A stretch of 44,430 nt of DNA from Paracoccus sp. (in: a-proteobacteria). GTDB taxonomy: Bacteria; Pseudomonadota; Alphaproteobacteria; Rhodobacterales; Rhodobacteraceae. Positions within the stretch are counted from its first letter, which is position 1. Each line of letters begins with the position of its first letter. This document shows positions 1 through 7,656 of the stretch, one piece after another. A program made the translations under genes and the position numbers. The notes below the pieces were generated by a model, which saw only the letters and a list, made by a program, of their open reading frames with translations, was not told where the DNA came from and did not search any database. Location of the stretch: positions 1 through 44,430 of the forward strand of contig JAUNRZ010000002.1 of assembly GCA_030539455.1 (NCBI GenBank), given 5' to 3'.

Positions 1-95
1 TCTTCGCACTCCAACGCCCCTGTCCCGCAGCACCAGCTTACCATGACAGATGGAAAGAAAGACCGCGGAACCGAAGCGCCACCAACAGCATGCCC

Positions 96-349
96 GATAA
101 CAACGCCGCAGAGCGTGGCATGCGTGCCATCGCGCTCGGGCGAAAGAACTATCTCTTCGTCGGCTCCGAGGCAGGCGGCAAGGCCGCCGCCATCGCCTAC
201 ACCCTCATCGAAACGGCCAAGCTCAACGCCGTCGACCCCCTCGCCTGGCTAGCCGACACCCTCGCACGCATCCCCGATCACAAGATCACCAAGATCGACG
301 ACCTCATGCCCTGGCGCTGGAACAGGTAGCGGTCAGACCGGACGGTTAC
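96..349 (+). mobile_element. IS66-family 3' end: TnpC C-terminal fragment and right inverted repeat
   Basis: DNNAAER..R.IALGRKNYLFVGS...IETAKLN.VDP..WL motif (stop at 329), followed by a terminus ending ...GGACGGTTAC at 349 (reverse GTAACC, IS66-type). Confidence 0.85.
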
Positions 350-748
350 CGTCCAGTAAGCTTCCGCGGCGGTCCGGCGTGCCTGAGCAAGTCCCGGTGC
401 GCAGGACACATCTTCGATGAATTTAAGGTTGCGCCGCAGCCCACCCATCGAAAAATTGGCGCGGCCGGAAAGAATAGTTCGCGTGCCGATAAAGAGCTTT
501 GCATGGAGCACGGCGGGCTGGCGGCCGAGGATACCCGAACAGTCAGGTGCACGACCTTGCTCGCAAAACGCTCGGCAAGCCAGATAACTCAATGTGTCCA
601 GGCAATCCTGAGGCAAAGCATGCCACATCTCGCCAAGCGCCAGACTTCGTTGGTCAAGAAGAATTCCGCAATTGGGGGAAGATTATCCGAGGGTCGCTTC
701 TGCAGGAGAACGCGGCAACCGCAGCGGGTCCGGCTCGGCATCGAAACT

Positions 749-787
749 TTCCTAACTACTATAACGACTAAAAGGAGTAGTTAGGAA
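749..787. repeat. 12-bp perfect inverted repeat with 15-nt spacer
   Basis: TTCCTAACTACT (749-760) and AGTAGTTAGGAA (776-787). Confidence 0.8.
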
Positions 788-1142
788 GAAATCTCGGGGC
801 AAGTGCCGATCCCGGGTGCATTAAAAATTCGCCATCGTTGCCAAATCGTCACAGCGCATATTGCAACCCCCGCCAGCGCACCGTTGACCAGTTGTCGATC
901 TCCGGTCCCATGCCCTATCTTGCTCCCTATGACGCTGCCTCTGCATATGTCCTGGCCAGATCTGCGAATTTCGCAGACCATCGCGCAGATAGCCTGCGCG
1001 AAGTGCCGCCTGTCGGCCTGCGTCTGCGCCTGACCTCCCATAATTGACTGTTTCGGCGCGTATTGGGCGGCACATGTTGCGCCTGTTCTTCTTGTCATTC
1101 TGCGCGTCCGTCTTCCGGCCGCCCCGTCTCAGGACCTATGCC

Positions 1143-1457
1143 ATGACTCTCATTCCCTTCATTGAGGCCAATCTTGCCGATCCGCACGCAGATCGCAGCG
1201 CTATTGAGGTTCGGCTGCCCGAGCCCATGATGAGCCGTTGCACGCTCGTGCGCCTGGCGGAGCTCTCGATCCCTCGGCTCATCGGCGTCGCCGATCGGAC
1301 TGGCCGGGAACGCGGGCTTTCCGACGCGTCCATCTTTGCGACCACCGAGCCGCTGGACAGCCGCGGCACGCAGACCGGCTCGCCGCCGAACTTGCGGACC
1401 GTCTTGCGGATGCTGGACCGGGCCGCCGCTCTCGAACACAAGCCCATGGTGATGTAA
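1143..1457 (+). CDS. hypothetical protein
   Basis: AGGA upstream of ATG 1143; TAATG overlap with next gene; GC-rich codon usage. Confidence 0.6.
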   Translation: MTLIPFIEANLADPHADRSAIEVRLPEPMMSRCTLVRLAELSIPRLIGVADRTGRERGLSDASIFATTEPLDSRGTQTGSPPNLRTVLRMLDRAAALEHKPMVM

Positions 1458-1849
1458 TGACGAACCCCTCTGACCGCGACCGCCGTTTCATGGCCCGCCA
1501 TCCCGTGGTCTTCCGCAATATCGACTTCGACCCGCAGAGATCCCTGATGGTATGGGGGCTGAACGTAGGCGATGGCTGGCTGCCGCCGCTCGATCAGCTC
1601 GTCCGCGACCTGGCCGTGGTGATCCAACGCGACGGCCTGCATGACTTCGAGATCGCGCAGGTGAAGGAGAAGCTCGGCGAGCTGCGTGTCTATGTCCGCG
1701 GCGCCAATGATCAGGCGCTTGCCCTGATCGATGCCGCCGAGGCGCGCAGCATCGAGATCTGTGCGGTATGCAGCCAGCACGGCCAGAGACGCTCCGAGGC
1801 ATGGGTCTGGACGTTGTGCGATCGATGCCATGCGGAGGCGCGGCCATGA
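1457..1849 (+). CDS. conserved hypothetical protein, phage-associated type with QVKEK.G.LR motif and C-terminal CxxC...CxxC
   Basis: GDGW..., QVKEKLGELRVY, CAVC...TLCDRC; coupled by TAATG and ATGA overlaps. Confidence 0.75.
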   Translation: MTNPSDRDRRFMARHPVVFRNIDFDPQRSLMVWGLNVGDGWLPPLDQLVRDLAVVIQRDGLHDFEIAQVKEKLGELRVYVRGANDQALALIDAAEARSIEICAVCSQHGQRRSEAWVWTLCDRCHAEARP

Positions 1850-2640
1850 CGCGATATCTGACTGGACCCGAGGCCGAGGCCGTTGCTGCCTATGCCCTCG
1901 ACAGGCTCCCAACCCTCGGGGACACTGACGGCCGCCTGCATCACAAGCACATCTCGGCCTACCAGATGGCCTGCGATCTGCTCGAGGCAACCGGCCACGG
2001 CAAGGCAATGGATTGGGGCCTGGTCAGGTTCGATCCGCCGCGCCCGCCGGCCCAACTGCCGCGTTGGGACGACACGGCGACGATCCTGATCAAGCTCGCC
2101 GGCCAGACCAACGAAATCACCTTCGGCCACAAGCCGGTCGAGCCCAAGATCGACTGGCGGCAAGGGATTGTTCTGTCGGTCGCGGACCCGCCGTCCCGCC
2201 GCGCAGAACCGGACCGGCCGCCCGATCTCGACGCCGCCGACGGCATCCCCGCCGCCTGGGTCAGCGGCGAGATCCGCGCACTGTTCTCGGCCCTCGGCAT
2301 CCGCGAAGAGGACGGCTGGTCGCACGAGGCCCGCAGCGCGGTCTGGCGGGCCGGACACTATGGCGCAGAGTGCGGCTTCCAGGATGATCCGCTCTTCACC
2401 AGAACCATCGCTCGGTCCCGCGTGACAGTTCCGGCGTCGGTTCTGGCCGAACGGGACCGGCTCCGGGCGCGCCAGTTCCGCAATCCGCTGATGTTCGGCT
2501 GGGAACTCGACTGGTGCTTTTTCGATCGCTGGCGGCTGGGCGATGGCTGGCTGGACGACGCCGCGACGGCGCGCGCTATCCCGGTGTTCAACGATGACGT
2601 CGCCATCGCCGCCCGCCAGATTATCTTCGGCGACAAGTGA
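1846..2640 (+). CDS. hypothetical protein (Trp-rich, 264 aa)
   Basis: ATGA overlap at 1846-1849; long ORF with host-like codon usage. Confidence 0.7.
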   Translation: MTRYLTGPEAEAVAAYALDRLPTLGDTDGRLHHKHISAYQMACDLLEATGHGKAMDWGLVRFDPPRPPAQLPRWDDTATILIKLAGQTNEITFGHKPVEPKIDWRQGIVLSVADPPSRRAEPDRPPDLDAADGIPAAWVSGEIRALFSALGIREEDGWSHEARSAVWRAGHYGAECGFQDDPLFTRTIARSRVTVPASVLAERDRLRARQFRNPLMFGWELDWCFFDRWRLGDGWLDDAATARAIPVFNDDVAIAARQIIFGDK

Positions 2641-2691
2641 GGAGACATACCATACCATAAAGGCCCGAGTCTCGTCGACCTGCATCTGGAT

Positions 2692-3018
2692 TGTCAACGC
2701 AGTCTTACCTTTCCCCAAAATTGCCGAAGTAAAATTCTCCAATACTGCGGTCGCGGCGATCAGCCGAGTTCAGTGATCGGCGCCTCCGTTTTGGCTTTCG
2801 ACGGCCGCCCTCGGCGCTTGGGCGGCGGCGGCAGCGTGATGGAGGCGTTCGACCTGACATGCTAAGGAATGAGGTCGGCATGGGCGCGCAGCCGGTAGCT
2901 GGCGCCTTCGATCTGGATGACGATGGCCTGGTTCAGGAGGCGATCAAGCAAGGCCGTCTCAACGACCGGGTCGCCGAACACCTCGCACCGTTCGGCGAAG
3001 CCCCGGTTCGAGGTCAGT
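2692..3018 (-). mobile_element. istB: IS21-family right end with degraded istB C-terminus
   Basis: Minus strand reads LTSNRGFAE..EVFGDPVV.TALLDRLL..AIVIQIEGASYRLR with an in-frame stop; terminus TGTCAACG at 2692. Confidence 0.8.
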
Positions 3019-3888
3019 TGCGGGTTTCGCAAATTCCCGGACAGTGATCACGGTAAATCCCGGACACGTATTTTAGTAATTCCCGGACAGCGATTTCACT
3101 AAATACCGGACAGCTGCGGGAGGACGTGACGGTTGGTCATTTGCTGCTGTGTCGCGGCACTCTGTCGATCTTTGAAGAGATCGGGGGGGAGCATGCCGCG
3201 ACGCAAGCAAGCGAGGCGAATGACCGTGCAGGACATACGAACCATATTACGGCTGACGCATCAGCAGGGGCTCTCGGTGCGGGAGATTGTGCTGCGTTTG
3301 AAGCTGAGCAAGACGACCTTTGCGACCTACCTGCTGCGGGCGCGCGAGGCCGGGCTCGACTGTTGGCCGCTGCCGCCCGGGCGCGACGCTGGAGGCGGCG
3401 CTTTTTCAGCGGGTTGGACGCCCTCCGCGTGATATTCATGAACCGGACTGGGCCCAAGTCGCCACCGAGCTGAAGCGTAAGGGGTCACTCTTGTGCTGTT
3501 ATGGCAGGAATACCGGGCGGCCCATCCCGAGGGCTACGGCTATACTTGGTTTTGCGAGCAATTCCGGTCTTTCGAGAACCGCACCCGGCCGAGCTTTCGC
3601 AACCGCCACGAGCCAGGGGCGGTTATGCAGAGCGATTATGCGGGGCACACAATCCCGATCATCGATCCTGCCACCGGCGCCGTGCATCAGGTGCAGATCT
3701 TCGTCGCCGTTCTGGGCGCGTCCAACTACACCTTCACCTGGGTCAGCTTGACCCAGACCCTGCCCGACTGGATCGAGGCGCAGGTCCGGGCGCTGACATT
3801 CTTCGGCGGGGTGACCAAGGCGATCGTCTGCGACAATCTCAAGGCAGCAGTGGCGAAGCCACTGTGGTTCGAGCCCTCGATCACCAAG
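3019..3888 (+). mobile_element. istA: IS21-family left end with frameshifted, truncated istA (ATG 3193)
   Basis: TG terminus; four spaced repeats resembling AAT.CCGGACA at about 3031, 3055, 3077 and 3101; IstA motifs LLWQEY, GYTWFCE, Q.DYAG, IVCDNLKAAV spread over three frames. Confidence 0.85.
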
Positions 3889-4487
3889 TGAGAACGGCGG
3901 TGCGAAATTGGTCCACGGTAGCGGCGGCATGATGCGGCTGCGGGCGGCGTAAAACTCGTCCATTTTCGGCCTTTCTGCGGCAGCGGGGAGGGCGCGGGGA
4001 TTTACAGCGTGGAGCTATATCTGAGAGTTCGTCAGGCTTGTGCGGAGGGCACGAGCCAGCGTGATGCAGCGAAGACATTCAACATCTCGCGTGACACGGT
4101 TAGGAAGATGATTTTGTTTTCGTCTCCGCCGGGCTACCGGCGCACGGCCGAGGTCCGGCGCCCGAAGCTCGATCCTTTTATTCCGACGATCGAGGGCTGG
4201 CTGGAGGCGGACCGGGCGATGCCGCGCAAACAGCGGCATACAGCGAAGCGGGTGTTCGACCGGCTGCGGGATGAATGCGGCTTTACCGGCGGTTATACGA
4301 TTATCAAGGATTATATCCGGGAACGAGAACGGCGGGGCCAGGAAGTATTTGTGCCGCTTTCGCATCCGCCCGGACACGCCCAGGCTGACTTCGGCGAAGC
4401 GCTTGTTCGGATCGGCGGTATCGAGCAGAAGGCGCATTTTTTCGTGCTTGACCTGCCGCACAGTGATGCGTGCTATGTCCGGGCCTA
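3889..4487 (+). mobile_element. istA: Another IS21-family left end with truncated istA (ORF 4009-4488)
   Basis: TGAGAACGGCGG... terminus; KQRHTAKRVFDRL, GGYTIIKDY, PPGHAQADFGEA motifs; ends abruptly at YVRA*. Confidence 0.85.
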
Positions 4488-4711
4488 GGCCCGAACCAAA
4501 AACGCGCGGCAGTGCGATAACTTGATATGGGCGACCTGCAGCTTGATCCGCTCGCCACCGACATAGGCCCAGTCCTCGCTCCAATCGAACTGGAAAGCCT
4601 CGCCCGGTGCGAACGCGAGCGGCACAAAAGTCCCGCGAGCTGTCGTCTGATGCGCGCGCTGACGTTCGCCCTTCCAGTCACGAACGAAAGCCGCAACGCG
4701 CTCGTAGGAAC
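4488..4711 (-). pseudogene. istA: Internal istA fragment of a further IS21 type
   Basis: Minus strand reads GSYERVAAF.R.WK...GTFVPLAFAPGEAFQFDWSEDW...KLQVAH.KLSHCRAFLVRA. Confidence 0.8.
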
Positions 4712-4894
4712 CGTCATATACGCCAGCGCCTTTTGCGCGTTATAACCTGCAAGCTGATCGAGATCGCATTTTCGGCCGTCGACGGCCGGAACTCTCTGGA
4801 ATGGTATCGATAACCCGTCAAGCTGCTCGGTGGCTGAAGCGAGCCGGTCTTTGCTACCATCGAGGTTGATCATAAATACCGCAGCGTCTTTCAT
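4712..4894 (-). pseudogene. Glycosyltransferase family 25, N-terminal fragment truncated by IS
   Basis: VFMINLDGSKDRL...FQRVPAVDG motif; ATGA overlap with the upstream gene. Confidence 0.75.
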
Positions 4895-5670
4895 CGCACA
4901 CTTTCCATCTCGTTTGCCAGGAAGCTCCCAGTTGGGATCGTTCCGCCGAATTCCTCGGCAATCACAGTCCTGAGCTTTTTGCCCCACAAATGGACAGCCC
5001 ACGCCTCGGGCGGCAGAGATTCTCTGCTGACAGCATCTGGCGCTACGAGCAAGCGTGCATTTTCTAATGGCACGTGATAAAAGGCAGATTGCGGCAAAGT
5101 ATGAGATATCTCGCCCGTCATCTGCAGATAATAGGTCAAGGCGCGCGGCCCGACAGCGACCCAAGGCCATCTGTTTATCGGAAGACCTCTTCCCAGAGAT
5201 CTCAGCAGATATTTCAATCGTCTGGTTCCGGAGAGATATTGTGGCAAACCAATCGTGTCGTGTTTGAACTCGAGCAGTGCAGCGAGCGCCGCGCTCTCGC
5301 GTGGCATGCCTAAGACCGCGCCGTTGACCGCGTCTGGACCCTCGTATCCGAAGACCCAAGGTGAAGGGAAGCTAAACGGTTTGAGTGCGATGATATCCAG
5401 ATCGACCCACAACATCTCTATCTTCGCCAACATGGCATACTTGAATAAATCAGAATGAAGCGCCGGGCTCCCCGTCTTGCGGTGCTTAACGATATAGCCA
5501 GGGTCGTAGATTTCACGAGCATCTCTCTGGATGACACCGTCAGGCAAATTTTCGACGCTCGATTATGAAAAGATGGTCAGTTCGTCCCCTTGTCGAAGGA
5601 ACGAGTTAGCGCTGGCAAGCTCGATCGGCCCAAGGCGGTCCCCAATCCATAATGTCCCCAGCTTGGTCAT
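4891..5670 (-). pseudogene. DXD-motif glycosyltransferase (GT32-like) with a nonsense codon
   Basis: MTKLGTLWIG...SFL..G; in-frame TAA at 5563-5565; SDLF.Y and WVDLD motifs; RBS GAGGAG. Confidence 0.75.
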
Positions 5671-6189
5671 GTGAATTAGGCTCCTCTCCGCCAAGATCTC
5701 GGGAGGTCATCGACCCAGCCCCTGCAGACTGTTTTCTGCCGTCAAAGATGGCCATCTGACCATCCTCAAACTCATGTCAGCTATAAGCGACTTCAGTGAC
5801 TTAGCAAGATCAATTGCCAGCCCGACCCTTCAATGAGAACTTTAGGGTCTCGGTCTTGCGCGGGCATCGCTACATAAGCCGGCACGCCGACTATGCCGCT
5901 AAGGAACAGCGACAGCATTGTCGATATCCCCCTGTCACTTCCACCGAAGCCGGGGAATTGCGGTATCTTATCGCGGGCTGAGGATCTGGAGCGCTTCGCG
6001 CGTGCGTTGCAGCCAGTCACCCTGTCCGTCTTTTTTAAGATCTTACTCTTCTGTATATTCTCGTCCAGCCTCATTTTTCGCGCCTTAATATTTCTGATGC
6101 AACTGCCCCATATTCTTTCTCTATCATTTTTTCTTTCGCCGCCCCATATTCCTGCTGCATCCGCCCCATTTTTCTTTATATTCCCTCTT

Positions 6190-7158
6190 ATGCCCTCCTC
6201 AATCTTCCCCTCTTCCTTCTCCTCCCCCTTCTCCACTTCTGAACTTGCGCGCAGATCCGGCCTTTCCTCGCCAACGGTCAACGCCGTCCTGCGCGGCGAT
6301 GGCACGATCGCCTCGCTTGACGCTGTGCGCCGGGTGCTTGGCCTGCGCTGGAGCTTCAGCAAGTCCGACGATCCGTTGACGGTCGGGCGCGATCTGGCGT
6401 CTTTGCGTGGCAGCAAACGCATCTCGCAACGCGCGATGGCGGCGCGGCTCAGCGTGAGCCCGCAGACGATCCTGAGCATGGAGACCGCGTTCCGAGGTCG
6501 CTGCAGAACATTGGCGGCCTATCTACGCATTCTCGGCCGGCATGATGTCCTCGCTGTCGCCGGCCTGCAGCGCCTCGTGCCGGAGCGAAACAACGCGGAT
6601 GCCGATCTGGTGTTTACCCCCCGCGCAATCGCCATGGCTGTGATCCACGACTTGGGCGCTCACCTTCAAGGTAATGTGCTCGATCCCTGCCGCGGGGACG
6701 GCGCTTTTTACGACTTGTTTCCGAGCGGGCTTACGCGCCATTGGTGCGAGATAAGCGAGGGGCGCGATTTCTTTGTCTGGGACCGGCGCGTCGACTGGAT
6801 CGTCACCAACCCGCCCTTCAGCCAGTTCCGGGATTTTCTGACCCACAGTCTGAAGATTGCCGACAACATCGTGTTTCTCTGCGTGCTGAACCATTTCACG
6901 ACAAAGAGGCGGATTGTGCTCATCCGCGAGGCGGGGTTCAGCATGCGGCGCATTTTTCTGGTGCCGACCCCGCCGGACTGGCCCTCCTCGGGCTTCCAGG
7001 TTGCAGCGGTTTGGCTGCAGCGTGGTTACACGGGCGATATCTCGACCGGCGAATTGGATGAGAGCCGCCTGCCGGAATATCAGGCTTACGCCGATATGAC
7101 ACCGGTCTGGAGAAAGGACTTAGGCCACGACCTCACGCCGCAGCGATCGGGCGCATGA
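6190..7158 (+). CDS. Tandem XRE-HTH fused N6-adenine (or N4-cytosine) DNA methyltransferase
   Basis: Two HTH-like segments (SELARRSGLSSPTV; SQRAMAARLSVSPQTI); motif I VLDPCRGDGAF; motif IV IVTNPPF. Start uncertain (frame open from 5893). Confidence 0.8.
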   Translation: MPSSIFPSSFSSPFSTSELARRSGLSSPTVNAVLRGDGTIASLDAVRRVLGLRWSFSKSDDPLTVGRDLASLRGSKRISQRAMAARLSVSPQTILSMETAFRGRCRTLAAYLRILGRHDVLAVAGLQRLVPERNNADADLVFTPRAIAMAVIHDLGAHLQGNVLDPCRGDGAFYDLFPSGLTRHWCEISEGRDFFVWDRRVDWIVTNPPFSQFRDFLTHSLKIADNIVFLCVLNHFTTKRRIVLIREAGFSMRRIFLVPTPPDWPSSGFQVAAVWLQRGYTGDISTGELDESRLPEYQAYADMTPVWRKDLGHDLTPQRSGA

Positions 7159-7263
7159 TCGCGCGCTGCCGGCTCGATTCCCGGCTTGACTGAGAGTGCG
7201 GCGCAGGCAATCTTGCGCTGCGGCTTCGCTCTGGGAGCCGCACTCTACGAACCGCTTTAGACT

Positions 7264-7295
7264 TGCCCGCCAGAATTGCGCGGGCATTTTTTTTT
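7264..7295 (+). terminator. Intrinsic terminator after the methyltransferase
   Basis: TGCCCGC/GCGGGCA stem followed by T9. Confidence 0.75.
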
Positions 7296-7307
7296 ATGTT
7301 CGAATAG

Positions 7308-7348
7308 AAAAAGCGAGCCGCCATCTGCGGGTGAGAATGGCGGCTCGC
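7308..7348 (-). terminator. Intrinsic terminator for the minus-strand transcript
   Basis: 12-bp stem GCGAGCCGCCAT/ATGGCGGCTCGC preceded by A5 on the + strand. Confidence 0.7.
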
Positions 7349-7656
7349 CGAGCCCAGACAGGATCCGCACGAGGCTCATCGCCAGCCTGCCGCGATCGCG
7401 GACGTCCTGCAAGCTTATTTCAGCTGGAGAATGAAAGCGGGCCGCCAGCCCCCCTTGGATGCTTGCGGCCCGCGAAGCCTCAGATCGGCGGATCGCGAAG
7501 GCTCACGATCGGTGCATAGACCGCGTGGCCATTTCCCGCAACCAGATGCGGCGGGCGCGTTTTGCGCCCGGCGCCTTTTCGTCCGCAGGTAACTGTCGCC
7601 TCACCGGCGAGCTTGGTCGTTGTCCTCACGGCAGCGCGCGTTGTGTACTTTTAACT

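Noticed and set aside
3031-3113. Four regularly spaced repeats resembling a mini CRISPR or iterons
   Set aside because: Spacers are about 10 nt and the repeats lie inside an IS21 TG terminus; these are transposase-binding repeats.
4304-5359. 351-aa minus-strand ORF
   Set aside because: Chimera of off-frame sequence, the GT25 start and IS21 DNA.
5893-6189. Hydrophobic N-terminal extension of the MTase suggesting a membrane anchor
   Set aside because: F/L/S/P richness follows from the pyrimidine tract; no RBS; probably not translated.
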